Counted from the first letter of the stretch, positions 11,383 to 22,110 are shown. The stretch: DNA of 64,000 nt from an uncultured Gemmatimonadaceae bacterium (GCA_963761305.1 CAVXGK010000001.1:1696001-1760000), one strand, 5' to 3'. Notes: generated by a model from the letters alone, not told the origin. Made by a program: numbers and translations.

Positions 11383-11988
11383 TTGCATCTAAGCAACCAA
11401 CACGTGACCAAATCGGCCGTTGCCTTCCAGACCGATAACCGGGTGAGCGAACCCGAAATGATCGCTCGGGTCCTCGCCGGGGACCGGATCGCGGCGCGCG
11501 AGCTGTATGACGCGCACTCGCCCCGGGTGTTCCGGCTCGCCTTCCGGTTGACCGGGGACGCCGATCTGGCTCGCGAGTTCACGCAGGACACGTTCGTGCG
11601 CGCCTTCAGTCAGCTGTCCCGCTTCCGCGGGGACTCGGCGTTCTCCACCTGGCTGCACCGCGTCACCGTCACTGTCGTGGCGAACGCGATGCGAAAGGTG
11701 AAGCGGTTCAGGGAACGGGAGACGACACTCGAGGACGTCCACCCGTTCGGATCCGACAGCTCGGGAGTCGACCCCGTGCTTCGCGATCGACTGCACCGTG
11801 CGATCAGCGACCTGCCGGAGATCTATCGAACGACCGTCATCATGCACGACATCGAAGGCTATACGCACACCGAGATCGCTGAAGCCCTCGGCGTTGCTGA
11901 AGGAACCTGCAAGAGCCGGCTGTCGCAGGCACGCGCACAACTTCGCGCGGCGCTGAGCGACCTGGCACCCGGAGAGTTGGAATCATGA
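11383..11988 (+). CDS. ECF RNA polymerase sigma-70 factor (true start may be slightly downstream)
   Basis: QDTFVRAF..FRGDSAFSTWLHRV (region 2); HDIEGYTHTEIAEALGVAEGTCKSRLSQAR (region 4). Confidence 0.95.
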   Translation: MHLSNQHVTKSAVAFQTDNRVSEPEMIARVLAGDRIAARELYDAHSPRVFRLAFRLTGDADLAREFTQDTFVRAFSQLSRFRGDSAFSTWLHRVTVTVVANAMRKVKRFRERETTLEDVHPFGSDSSGVDPVLRDRLHRAISDLPEIYRTTVIMHDIEGYTHTEIAEALGVAEGTCKSRLSQARAQLRAALSDLAPGELES

Positions 11989-12650
11989 AAGAAGATCGAT
12001 TCGACGCACTCATGCGCGACGCCGCGCGAACGTATCGCAAACCGCCCGAGCCCGATCTCGACGGCATGTGGACCGAGATCGAGCGCGAGACATGGGGGGG
12101 GGTCGCGACGACGCAGCCGGCTCGCATCGCAGCGCGATGGTTCGGGGGAAGGACGCGCGCATCGGGTTGGCTCGCCGCCGCTACGCTGGTAATAGGTATT
12201 GGCTTGGGCCGCGCGTCGATCTCACTGCGACACGAGGCGGCGGTGCCGCAGGCGACGCAGTCCGTTGCGGCCATCGGCAGCATGGCGCCGGTTCGCAACG
12301 ACACCGCGTTCGACGCACCATACGGCGTCGAGACGTCGCAGTATCTGGGACAAACGGCGGCGCTCCTCATCGCGCTGCCATCGGAAGCACGATCCGGCCA
12401 TCCCGACGAACGATTCGTCGCACGAGCCTCCGAGCTGCTGACGCGTACGCGTCTGCTGCTCGACTCGCCGGCCGCGAACGACACGCAAATGCGCTCGCTA
12501 CTCGAGGATCTCGAGCTGGTGCTCGCGCAGGTCGTGCGGCTGCAAGATGGACAGGATCGCACCGAGCTGGACCTCATCAACCGCGCGCTCGAACAGCGCG
12601 ACGTCATCCCGCGGCTGCGCACGGCGGTCGCTGACATTTCTGCGAATTAG
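11985..12650 (+). CDS. Putative membrane-anchored anti-sigma factor
   Basis: ATGA overlap with the sigma gene; single transmembrane segment WLAAATLVIGIGLG. Confidence 0.7.
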   Translation: MKEDRFDALMRDAARTYRKPPEPDLDGMWTEIERETWGGVATTQPARIAARWFGGRTRASGWLAAATLVIGIGLGRASISLRHEAAVPQATQSVAAIGSMAPVRNDTAFDAPYGVETSQYLGQTAALLIALPSEARSGHPDERFVARASELLTRTRLLLDSPAANDTQMRSLLEDLELVLAQVVRLQDGQDRTELDLINRALEQRDVIPRLRTAVADISAN

Positions 12651-12660
12651 GAGAGGAGCG

Positions 12661-14595
12661 ATGAAACGGATCACGCTCGCCACTGTTGCACTCATTGCCG
12701 GATCGATGGTCGCGGCGGCGCAAGAGCCGCCCACGCCACCGACACCGCCCGCCCGTCCGGTGCCCGCACCGCGTCCGGATTCTCCGGCGCCGGTCGCACC
12801 CGAGGCCAGACCGATGCCGGCCCCGCGGCCGGCGCCGGTTGTGGTGCCGATGCGGGACTTCGACTACCGCTTCGACATCGACACTCGCGAGATCGCTCGG
12901 CAGGCCGAACAAGCGGCCCGCGAGGCGTCGCGGATCGACCAGGAGCAGGTGCGTGAGATTGCGCGCGAGGCGGCCGAAGCGGCGCGCTTCGACCAGGAGC
13001 ACATTCGCGAGATGGCTCGTTTCGACGCCGATCAAGCGCGACAGGTGGATCAAGCGGCCCGAGAGGCGGCGCGCGTCGACCAGGGGCGCATCCGGAATCT
13101 CGATTTTGACTTCGCACCGATGGCGGTGATGCCGCCGATGCCCCCGATGCCGGCTATGGCCCCGATGGCGCCGATGGCGTACGTCGGAGTGGGACGCGAC
13201 TTCACGGACCGGCAAGTGCCGGCGCCGTGGGTGCAGGGCGATCCAGCCGATTCCGTCTATCGCGTCGCACGCGACGCGCTCAACGGCGGCGACTACGGCC
13301 GCGCGGCGCGGACGTTCAACGATCTCGTGGCGAAGTATCCGAAGTCTCAGCTCACGGATGCCGCGCAGTACTACGAGGCGTTGGCGCGCTACAAGATCGG
13401 CACGACCGAAGAGCTGCAACGCGCGGCGAAGATCCTCGAGCCGCTGGTGGCCAAGCTGCCGGTGCGGACGAGCACCTCGGAGAACTCGGGGCAGACGCGC
13501 GTCAGCGTCAGCGTCGGCGGGTTCGGCGCCCAGGGATGCGGCGGATTCAATTGCGGCAACGTGTCGTACTACAAGGGCGGATTCAGTGAATCCGAGGTCG
13601 CGGCGCTCTACAACCGCGTGAACGGCACTCTCGCGCAGCGCGGCGACAAAAGCGCGCAAGCAATCATCGAGAAGTCAGCCGCGCAGGCGGGCAGCGCGTC
13701 GTGCGACCGCGAAGATCTCGACGTCCGCACCGAAGCGCTCAACGCGCTGAGCCAGATGGACGCCGCGACGTCGATGCCGGCGCTCAAGCGCGTGCTCGAC
13801 CGCAAGGACGACTGCTCGGCGCAGCTCCGTCGCAGCGCCGTGTTCATGCTCGGCCGTCGCTCCGACACGGAGTCGGCGAACCTGCTGATCTCGGTCGCGA
13901 AGTCGGACCCGAACATCGACGTCCGCATCGCCGCGATCAACTACCTCAGCAGGCTCCCCGGTGACGCTGGTCTTGCCACGCTCGAGGACCTGCTCAAGAA
14001 CGACCAGGACGAACGCATCCAGCGCGCGGCGGTACGCGCGCTCAACTCGAGCGACAACGTGCACGCTCGCACGAGCATGCGCGCGCTGATCGACCGCAAA
14101 GATGCGCCGATGAATCTCCGCATCGAAGCGATCAACAGCTTCGGCTCCGACCGCACCACGACCGACGACGCGGCATATCTGCGCGGCCTGTACGCCAAGG
14201 CCGACAACGATCAGATGAAGGACGCCATTCTCAGCGCCCTGTCGCGCATCGGCGGCGCCGAAAACGACCAGTTCGTCCTCGCCATCGCCAAGAATCCGAA
14301 CGAATCGAGCCGGATTCGGTCGTCGGCGCTCTCGCGGCTTTCGCGCTCGCCCACTGTTACGACCGCGGACCTGGGAAAGATCTACGATGCCGCGGATACG
14401 TACGACGTCCGCTCGCGCATCGTCCAAATCTTCTCCAGCCGCAAGGATCCGGAGTCGGCCGACAAGCTGATTGACATCGCGAAGACCAGCACGGTGCCGC
14501 AGATCAAGAAGGAAGCGCTCAACGCGCTGATGCGTCGCAACGACCCGCGCGCCACGCAGCTCTTCATGGACATTCTCGACGGGAAAAAGCCATGA
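12661..14595 (+). CDS. Secreted HEAT-repeat protein with Pro-rich linker and TPR/BamD-like segment
   Basis: GGAG RBS then ATG 12661 (MKRITLA..); signal peptide; repeated VRxxAxxAL helices. Confidence 0.85.
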   Translation: MKRITLATVALIAGSMVAAAQEPPTPPTPPARPVPAPRPDSPAPVAPEARPMPAPRPAPVVVPMRDFDYRFDIDTREIARQAEQAAREASRIDQEQVREIAREAAEAARFDQEHIREMARFDADQARQVDQAAREAARVDQGRIRNLDFDFAPMAVMPPMPPMPAMAPMAPMAYVGVGRDFTDRQVPAPWVQGDPADSVYRVARDALNGGDYGRAARTFNDLVAKYPKSQLTDAAQYYEALARYKIGTTEELQRAAKILEPLVAKLPVRTSTSENSGQTRVSVSVGGFGAQGCGGFNCGNVSYYKGGFSESEVAALYNRVNGTLAQRGDKSAQAIIEKSAAQAGSASCDREDLDVRTEALNALSQMDAATSMPALKRVLDRKDDCSAQLRRSAVFMLGRRSDTESANLLISVAKSDPNIDVRIAAINYLSRLPGDAGLATLEDLLKNDQDERIQRAAVRALNSSDNVHARTSMRALIDRKDAPMNLRIEAINSFGSDRTTTDDAAYLRGLYAKADNDQMKDAILSALSRIGGAENDQFVLAIAKNPNESSRIRSSALSRLSRSPTVTTADLGKIYDAADTYDVRSRIVQIFSSRKDPESADKLIDIAKTSTVPQIKKEALNALMRRNDPRATQLFMDILDGKKP

Positions 14596-15869
14596 GCCGA
14601 CGAATCCTTACGCTTGCGGCAATCGTCGCCGCGGTTCCGAGTTTCGCGAGTGGACAGTCGCTCGCCTCGCGCGTCGACGGCGCGCCCGATGGACGCGTGC
14701 AGTTCAACTTCGCCGCTCGCGCCGGTGTCTGCGGCAACGGTCGAAGTTGGATTCAGACGGGCCCGAACAACTATTCGGGCAACTTTTACGGCGACAGTTG
14801 GCGCTCCGAGCCGTGCGTGCCGGGGCCGGTGCGTGTCGTCGTCGACCGCGCCGACAAGCAGCCGCTCTCGGTGCAGACGTACGTCGGTCCGGCGGATTCC
14901 ACGTTGCGCGGCGTGACCGATCTCGGTCACGTCCGCGCGCAGGACGCCGCCGACTATTTGCTGGGCCTCGCCAGCAAGGCCGACGGCCGCGCCGGACGCG
15001 ACGCGCTCATGCCGGCGATGCTCGCCGACAGCGCGAATACGTCGGCCGAGTTGGTGGTGATCGCCAAGAACACGGCGCTCCCGCGGGAGACGCGCCGCAG
15101 CGCGCTTTCATACATGGGACGCTCGACCGACGGGATGCAGACGATTCCCGCCGCGGTCACCGACCCGATTCTCGCCATCGCCCGCGACGAGACCGACAAC
15201 CAGTCGGTGCGACAGCAAGCGCTCGCCGTGCTCGGCCGCCTCGACCACGGTGCGGGCATCCAGCCGCTGATTCAACTCTCGCAGCAGAATCAGAGCACGT
15301 GGCTGGCGAAGGAATCGATGTCCGCGCTCGCCCGCTCCGGCGACCCGCGTGCCCGGCAGTACCTGCGGACCGCGGTGAAGCGCACGGATCTGCCGGATGA
15401 AGTGCTCACCGTCGCCCTTCGCTCGCTCGGCCAGGACTACGCGACGGCGCAGGACGCCGCGCTGCTCCGCGAAGTCTACCCGACGCTCACCAGCGACCGC
15501 GCACGCGAGGCCGTGTTCAGCGCGTTGGCCGAGATGGGTGGGTCGGAGAACACGAAGTGGCTGCTCGCGCTGGCGCAGAACGGCAACGAGCCGATTCAGA
15601 CGCGGCGTCGCGCCGTGGACGCCGCCAGCCGAGCCGGCGCGCCAATCGGCGATTTGGTGCATCTCTACGACACGACGACCGATCCGAACATGAAGGAGTC
15701 GCTGATCAGCATCTACATGCGGAGCGGCGACAAGACGGCGGTCGACAAGCTGCTCACGATCGTGAAGGGCGAAGAGAACATCACGGTGCGGCGACGTGCG
15801 ATCTCGCAACTGTCGCGGTCCGAAGACCCGCGGATCAAGGCAGCCTTGCAGGACATCGTGATGAAGTAG
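14592..15869 (+). CDS. Secreted HEAT-repeat protein
   Basis: ATGA overlap, signal peptide, HEAT-like repeats. Confidence 0.85.
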   Translation: MSRRILTLAAIVAAVPSFASGQSLASRVDGAPDGRVQFNFAARAGVCGNGRSWIQTGPNNYSGNFYGDSWRSEPCVPGPVRVVVDRADKQPLSVQTYVGPADSTLRGVTDLGHVRAQDAADYLLGLASKADGRAGRDALMPAMLADSANTSAELVVIAKNTALPRETRRSALSYMGRSTDGMQTIPAAVTDPILAIARDETDNQSVRQQALAVLGRLDHGAGIQPLIQLSQQNQSTWLAKESMSALARSGDPRARQYLRTAVKRTDLPDEVLTVALRSLGQDYATAQDAALLREVYPTLTSDRAREAVFSALAEMGGSENTKWLLALAQNGNEPIQTRRRAVDAASRAGAPIGDLVHLYDTTTDPNMKESLISIYMRSGDKTAVDKLLTIVKGEENITVRRRAISQLSRSEDPRIKAALQDIVMK

Positions 15870-15909
15870 AGGTGGATCGGGTGGACAGGAGACGGGTGGA
15901 CAGTGCAGG

Positions 15910-15953
15910 GCGCAAAGGGCGGACTCCGCGGGGGAGAGCCGCCCTTTGTGTTT
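15910..15953 (+). terminator. Probable intrinsic terminator of the sigma-HEAT operon
   Basis: GCGCAAAGGGCGG..CCGCCCTTTGTGT stem followed by a short T run. Confidence 0.6.
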
Positions 15954-16067
15954 CCTCCATCGGGGGGTTGCTGGGGGGCGCCGCGGCGCAGCAGACTAAG
16001 TTGAGTCGGGGACAGGCGCGTGACCGTCGTCGCGCGACAACCGCACATCCTCCCACGGGGAATCGCC

Positions 16068-16829
16068 ATGACCGATCCGTCATCCGTCGCCGCGCCGTCG
16101 TCCACTGCGCCGGCGGCGCCTCAGAAGGCGTCTTTCTGGGAAGACCTGATCGACATCTTCTTCTCGCCGGCCAACGTCTTTCGACGCAACCAGGACAAGA
16201 GCGTATGGCCGCCGCTCCTCTTCGTGTCGCTCGCGATCGGCGTGATCTTCTTCGCGACCTTCAACCAGCTCGCAGCCGATCTTCGACGCCGAGTTCACGC
16301 GCGCAATGGCGAAACAGGCGGCGACGAACCAGCAGCTCACGCCCGAGGCGATCGAAAAGATGCCAAATGCGTGCAGCGAGATGATCACGCGCTACGGCTT
16401 TCGGCGTGATCATGTTCTTCACGATGTTGATCCTTGGCGCGGTGTCGTGGCTCGTCGGGAAGATCGTCGGATCTTCGCAGACGTTCCATTCCGCGACTCA
16501 TCGTCGCGGCATGGTCCTACATGCCCCGCATGCTCGGTGCGGTAATCGGCGGCGTTCAAGGATTGCTCATGGACCCGGCGAGCCTCACCGGACCGACTGG
16601 CCATCTCGCTCAGCCCCGCACGGTTTCTTCCGCCCGGACAGCTCAATCCGGTCGCGCTCCAGTTCCTCGGGCCGTCTCGATCTCATCACGATCTGGGTGA
16701 CGATACTGCTGGCGATCGGACTCTACGTCACTGGCAAGGTGAGCAAGAGCAGAGCGGCGGTGTTCGGCATCATCATTTGGCTCATCGGCTGCGCTGCCGG
16801 CGCTTCGACAGGCGTACATGTCAATGTGA
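16068..16829 (+). CDS. YIP1-family membrane protein (several frameshifts in this sequence)
   Basis: SFWEDLIDIFFSPANVF..WPPLL start; hydrophobic segments continue across frames to ..LRQAYMSM*. Confidence 0.75.
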
Positions 16830-16895
16830 GAACAGCGTCGGCTTGCGGCTGACGGCCGAGTCGTCACGGGCCGATCAGCTGTCAGCTTGACTGCA

Positions 16896-18269
16896 TCAGC
16901 TGGCCGCCGAGCGGAATCCCGATGTCGACGCCGTTCGCGAGTAAGGCGGCGTCGCGTGCGACCGCATCCCCGGCGCCCACAGCACGACCCGATCCCGCCC
17001 CAACCGCTTCGCCACGTACAGCGCCTCGTCGGCCCGCGCGCGCAGCGCGCCGGTGACGTGCGGCTCGGTGACGCACTCCGACGCGATACCGACGCTGATC
17101 GTCACCGGTTTCGCCACGCGGAACGCGTGCGAACGAATCGAATCCATCAGCCGCTCCGCGACGACGCCGGCCGTTTCGGAATCGGCGTCCGGCAGCAGCA
17201 TCACGAATTCTTCCCCACCGACGCGCCCCACGACGTCTCCCGCGCGCGACGCGTCGAGGAGGAGCATCGCGACTTCGCGCAGCACCATGTCGCCGGCGAG
17301 ATGGCCCGCCGAGTCGTTGATCGACTTGAAGTGGTCGATGTCGACGGCGAGGAGCGCGATCTCGGCTTCGTCGCGCGCGGCGCCCTCGACCATCTGCTCC
17401 AGGGCGTACTCGAATCCGTTCCGATTCAGGCAGCTCGTGAGATTGTCGGTGAACGCGATCTCGGCGAGCTCGGTGCGCATGTGGTTGTAGGCGCGGCCCA
17501 ACACCGTGATGGCATCCGGCTCGCCGTCGCGCGACTCGATGTACGTGCGGCCGAAGTCGCCGCGCTGGGCGGCAGCGAAAAGGTCGACCAGGGCGGCGAG
17601 CCGCTGGTTCGCGCTCGCCTGGAGGATCATGCCGTGAAAGGAGACGAACAGGAACACGGCCAGCATCCAGCTCTGCTCCCGCCAGTCGATGTGCGCACCG
17701 CGGCTGAACGCCGCGGCCAGCAGGCCGAGGTAGGCCGCAGATGACGCGACCACGACGATGAGCGCCGGCGAACGCAGGAAGAACATCTGCATCAGCTGGA
17801 GCGCCAGAAGACTCAGTAGCAGCGCCCGGCCGTAATAGGCGGGGCTCGTGACGAGCAGCGCGGTCGTGTAGATCGCGATGACGTCGGCCAGCGCGAGTAC
17901 GACGAGCGCGACGCGCGTGACCCGTTCGCGTTTCTCAATGAGAACCGTGAGAAGCGCGACGAAGATCAGGTACGCCGGCGCGACGACGAGGATCGGCCAG
18001 ACCGGTCCGCGCGCCAAACCGGTGATTCGCAGGAGCGCGCCGCCGGCGGCGACCGCCCCCGCGAGCCAGAATCGGCGCGTGGACTGCCAGACGACCATTT
18101 CCGCGTTGTTGAAGACGCCGGCTTTCTCGGCGTAACGCGACCGCCCCAGGACGCGCTCGAGTGACGACATCGACTCGGCGGCGAATCGACGATACGAGCG
18201 CGACGACAAGGCGGGGGAAGCGGAAGTTCGTCGCTCGATCGGGTGCTGCTGAGGGGTGTGCAACGACAT
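16896..18269 (-). CDS. Membrane-bound diguanylate cyclase (HAMP-like + GGDEF)
   Basis: TDNLT..NR, DIDHFKSINDSAGHLAGD, RVGGEEF, ADEALYVAKRLGRDRV. Confidence 0.95.
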   Translation of the reverse strand: MSLHTPQQHPIERRTSASPALSSRSYRRFAAESMSSLERVLGRSRYAEKAGVFNNAEMVVWQSTRRFWLAGAVAAGGALLRITGLARGPVWPILVVAPAYLIFVALLTVLIEKRERVTRVALVVLALADVIAIYTTALLVTSPAYYGRALLLSLLALQLMQMFFLRSPALIVVVASSAAYLGLLAAAFSRGAHIDWREQSWMLAVFLFVSFHGMILQASANQRLAALVDLFAAAQRGDFGRTYIESRDGEPDAITVLGRAYNHMRTELAEIAFTDNLTSCLNRNGFEYALEQMVEGAARDEAEIALLAVDIDHFKSINDSAGHLAGDMVLREVAMLLLDASRAGDVVGRVGGEEFVMLLPDADSETAGVVAERLMDSIRSHAFRVAKPVTISVGIASECVTEPHVTGALRARADEALYVAKRLGRDRVVLWAPGMRSHATPPYSRTASTSGFRSAAS

Positions 18270-18438
18270 CTGAGCCGCCTGAAGCTGCGGAGTGAATACC
18301 GCTCACTACAGACGATGTGGCTGTGATCGCTGGCACAGGCCAAAGTGTGACAGCACGCCAAGTCGCGCCGCAAAGACTTGCCGCGAGCGAGGAACAAATC
18401 GCGCTGTCAAGATTCTTCGCAGCGTGCCGCTCAGAGAG

Positions 18439-18948
18439 TCAAACGCCGGCCGACAGCGCGATCAGCTTGATCTGCCCCGCGTGGTACGTATCGTGGAGCG
18501 CCATGCCCACCAGTTGTCTCGCCACGGGCGTGTCGGATCGCTCCGGCACTCGCGCCAACTGCTCGGGCGACGCCGACCGGATGGCGGCGAGCAGGCGTTC
18601 CTGGTAATCGTCGAGCAAGTCGCGATCGACGAGCCACGCGGTCTCGCTCAGATCCGACGGCGACGCGGGCCACCACGGTTCTTTAATAGCACGCGGAAAC
18701 GCCGGCTCGGCTGCGTTCCTGAGGCGTTCGATCAACAGGTGCCGTCCATGCGCCAGGTGGAGCACCAGCTCCCAGATCGAGTGCCGGTGCGGCGCAACCC
18801 GGTGTGTCGCGGCCGCGGCGTCGACGTGGGCCAGCGCTTCGACGACACACGGACCGTGCCATGCCGGGCCGGCGTACGATTCGTGGATCAGATCCGCGAT
18901 GTAGTCGGGATGGGTGACGGTCGGGTCCTGCACTTTCGTGGTGCTCAC
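18439..18948 (-). CDS. DinB/YfiT-family protein
   Basis: GPAWHGP, HSIWELVLHL, HDTYHAGQI metal-binding histidines. Confidence 0.9.
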   Translation of the reverse strand: MSTTKVQDPTVTHPDYIADLIHESYAGPAWHGPCVVEALAHVDAAAATHRVAPHRHSIWELVLHLAHGRHLLIERLRNAAEPAFPRAIKEPWWPASPSDLSETAWLVDRDLLDDYQERLLAAIRSASPEQLARVPERSDTPVARQLVGMALHDTYHAGQIKLIALSAGV

Positions 18949-19043
18949 CAGCGTCCTCCTCGATCTACGTGTTGCCTGTGTAGCTCTCGATCGAAACGTA
19001 GTGATCAGGTGCCAGCCCGTAACTGCTCAACCCGCCGGCCCGT

Positions 19044-19284
19044 AACTGCTCAACGCAGGGGCGCGGAGACGCAGAGGGGAACAGCGATACGACTCAAATC
19101 CTTCGCGTCGCGGGCCGGATTCCTTGGAGAACTGCCGCTCGGGAAGCTTCCTAGCGCAGCGACTCTTCACGGCGCATCGATGCATCCGGAGCGGCTGTCA
19201 CAAAAACACCCCGGCTCGTGGCGCCGACAGACCTCAAACGTCTCGGGTTCTCTCTGCGCCTCCGCGCCTCTGCGTTGAGCAGTT
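19044..19284. repeat. Fold-back repeat family A, copy 5
   Basis: Same nested architecture; left end AACTGCTCAAC partly duplicated at 19021. Confidence 0.85.
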
Positions 19285-19320
19285 GCTGCTGCAGTTGCAG
19301 TTGCAGTGCAGCCGCCCGGA

Positions 19321-20457
19321 TTACGACTCCTCGGCCGCGATCCGCTCGTAGTACTGGCGCTTGAACTCCTCGAGCACTCCGTCGGAGAAGAGTTCGTCGG
19401 CGATCGCCGCGATTTCTTCGGCGTCTTGCCACGCCGCGTGGAGCGCATCGAGCTCGCCGCGCATCGCTTTGCGCTCGATGTCTTCGTTCGCTGCCATCTC
19501 GAGCGCGAGTCGATCGACGGCCGGCAATCGGAACAACGGTGTCTTCTCGTCGCTGCCCGTTCCCCCGCGGCCCCAGAAGGATCGATTCGCGAGTTGCAAC
19601 GCGAGTCGCTCGGAGAATGATCCCTTCGGCGGCGTTTCTACTCGCTGCGGCGCGTCGGGGAATCGTCCCCACGACGTGCGCATCGCGAGCGACGCGACGC
19701 GGGTGAAGTAACCTTCCGGATCGCCCGCGTCGTCCAGCTTCGCGATCGCGTGCGACACCTCGGCGCCGCTGGCGACCCCGAAGTTGAGTGTGGCGAGCAT
19801 TTTTCCGGCGACGCGCAACGCGGGTGATTCAGAGAGCGTCGCGATGCCCTTGTCGTGATGCAGACGCAATTGCCACGGCGCATCCAACTCGGGTCGCACG
19901 AGCTCGGCGGCACCCAAGTGCGCGTAACGGACGGTGATGGCGTTGCCGAATTCATCTCCAGTACGGAGCAGCACACCGTTCCCGCGGCGAAAGGTGCGCA
20001 TCCGCAGCACCGTGTCGTCGCTCAAGCCCACCGAATGCGCGTAGTGCACGAGCCCGGCCGCCACCCCACGCACTATGAGCCGCGCGCCGCGCGTGATCAG
20101 TCCGCGTTGCTCGTGGCCAGGTTCGATGCGCGCGAGCCGAGCGCCGTAGCGCCAGCTCGCGATCTCGGGGAGCAGCGCCGGACCGATGCGCACGAGCTCG
20201 AAGTCGCCGCGAAATCGCGCCAGTCCGATGTTGTCGGTCGACATTCGGAGACGCGTGCCGCGGAAGAGTCGCTCACACTCGTCGATCGCCTCCCAGCGCT
20301 CTTCCAGGGGAGTGAGGTTCCATCGTCCGCATCGCGTGCAGACGACCCACAGCCGTCCCTTCTTCGCGTCGAACGCCAACCGCCGGCCGACCGGAAACGT
20401 CGGCAAGAAGTGATTCGCGCCGAGGTCGGAGTGGCAGAACAAACAAGTGGTATACAC
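19321..20457 (-). CDS. Hypothetical protein with N-terminal CxxC..CxxC zinc ribbon
   Basis: MYTTCLFC..LWVVCTRCGRWNL; 378-aa intact ORF. Confidence 0.75.
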   Translation of the reverse strand: MYTTCLFCHSDLGANHFLPTFPVGRRLAFDAKKGRLWVVCTRCGRWNLTPLEERWEAIDECERLFRGTRLRMSTDNIGLARFRGDFELVRIGPALLPEIASWRYGARLARIEPGHEQRGLITRGARLIVRGVAAGLVHYAHSVGLSDDTVLRMRTFRRGNGVLLRTGDEFGNAITVRYAHLGAAELVRPELDAPWQLRLHHDKGIATLSESPALRVAGKMLATLNFGVASGAEVSHAIAKLDDAGDPEGYFTRVASLAMRTSWGRFPDAPQRVETPPKGSFSERLALQLANRSFWGRGGTGSDEKTPLFRLPAVDRLALEMAANEDIERKAMRGELDALHAAWQDAEEIAAIADELFSDGVLEEFKRQYYERIAAEES

Positions 20458-20471
20458 CGGAGGGCGAAACT

Positions 20472-20567
20472 CTAACGAAGAGCGAAGGTAACGAACGGCG
20501 AAACTAACGAAGAGCGAAACTAACGAAGGGCGAAGCTAACGAAGAGCGAAGCTAACGAAGAGCGAAA
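20472..20567. repeat. Six tandem 16-bp repeats (CTAACGAAGAGCGAAR)
   Basis: Units start at 20472, 20488, 20504, 20520, 20536 and 20552. Confidence 0.92.
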
Positions 20568-20686
20568 GCGACCAACGGCGACAAGGGCGAGACCGTCCAC
20601 CCGTCCACCCGTCCACCGCTCACTCTATGAGATGAAACCTGAGCTGGATAGAGCGCGCGTGTTTGCGGGGTGTAAGGGTCGATATC

Positions 20687-21773
20687 TCAATCAGGAACGA
20701 TCAGCGCCTTGATCGCCGTCCGATTCTCCACCGCCGCGAGCGCTTCCGACGCGCGGTCGAGCGAGAATCGTCCGCTCACCATCTCCCGCCACGGCTTCAT
20801 CGCGCCGAAGCGCGCCGTGAGCGACACCGCTCTATGGAAGTGGTCGTACCGCGACCCCCAGCATCCTTTGAGCTCGACGTGTTTGCGGTTGAGCTGCCAA
20901 TGCGGGTGCATCTCGATCGACCCGTTGTCGGTGTAGTGGCCGCACACGATCACGCGCCCGCCGTCGCGCACCATATCGAGTGCCTGACTCACCGCGTCGG
21001 GCGATCCGCTGGCTTCGATCACGACGTCCACTCCCCGTCCACCCGTCCACCCGTTCACCTGTCCACCCCTTTCTTTCGGTGGGATATCCAACCCGAGCAC
21101 CTGCGTCGCACCCATTCGCTTCGCGAAGGCGAGCCGATCGTTCGGCGCGCCGACGGCGATGATCTCGCCCGCACCCGACAGCGAAGAGAACGCAATGCAC
21201 GATTGGCCGACCGGACCGACGCCGAGCACGGCGACGGATTCGTCGAGGCGAATCTGCGCCATGTCCACCGCGTGGAGCGCCGTCACGAGTCCGCAACCGC
21301 CGCCGATGAACGTGTCGGGATCGAGGTCCTTCGGAATCTTGATCATCTTCACGCCCGGCTTCATCCAGATCGCTTCGGCCCATCCGCCGAGCAAGCCCTT
21401 CGTTCGCGCTGTAGGAGATGCCGTACACTTTGCGATGCGGACACTTCGTCGGCTGACGGGCGACGAGACAGTACCAACAGTTGTTGCACGTCTCGTGGAC
21501 GTCGAGAAACGTGACCGTGTCGCCTTCCTTGATCGGCTGGCCGTCGATGTCCTTGAGATCTCCGCGCGCTTTGTCGACGACGCCGACAGAGACGTGGCCG
21601 GGGATGATCGGAAACGGAACCTGGAGTCTGCCGTGATGAAGGTGGACGTCGGTGCCGCAGACCTCGGAATACAGCGTGCGGAGCAGCGCGGAACCGGGTT
21701 CCAGCGTGGGCTCCCTGATCTCTTCGACGCGAAGAGGCTGTTTGGCGCCGGACATGACGACGGCTTTTGGCAT
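20687..21773 (-). CDS. Zinc-dependent medium-chain alcohol dehydrogenase (one frameshift near 21390)
   Basis: EVCGTDVH, CNNCWYC..C structural Zn site, GVGPVG Rossmann motif; split over ORFs 20832-21773 and 20687-21394. Confidence 0.9.
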
Positions 21774-21949
21774 TCGAACTCTAGAGCGAAGGGGACGAAG
21801 CGCGACGGTGGAAGCTAGACGGCGGGACGCTGGGCCCGCTATACCGCCCTTCCTCTTCGTCCAATCTCCCCTCTCGTACCATCGCGCCTGACCTGCGCAT
21901 CGCGAAACCGGCGCGCAGCCGGGCTACCCCGGCTGCCCATCGACGAGAA

Positions 21950-22110
21950 GCAACCAGCGGAGGTACGTCAATGCGACGTGCCCATCGGCGCTGGCGTCTC
22001 GAAAGTCACGCACATCGGGGATCAGCCGATGAGCTTCGACATTCAGTATTATCACAATCTGAACAACCCGACGCCGGCGGGTGCGGAGCAGTTGCGCGCC
22101 TCTATTGGCC
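21950..22110 (+). pseudogene. C-terminal remnant of an outer-membrane (neuromedin-U-like/transporter) gene
   Basis: VPIGAGVSKVTHIGDQPMSFDIQYYHNL..QLR resembles, from memory, C-termini of beta-barrels found beside sulfatases; no 5' part present. Confidence 0.4.

Noticed and set aside
20472..20567. CRISPR array
   Set aside because: Head-to-tail 16-mers with no spacers.
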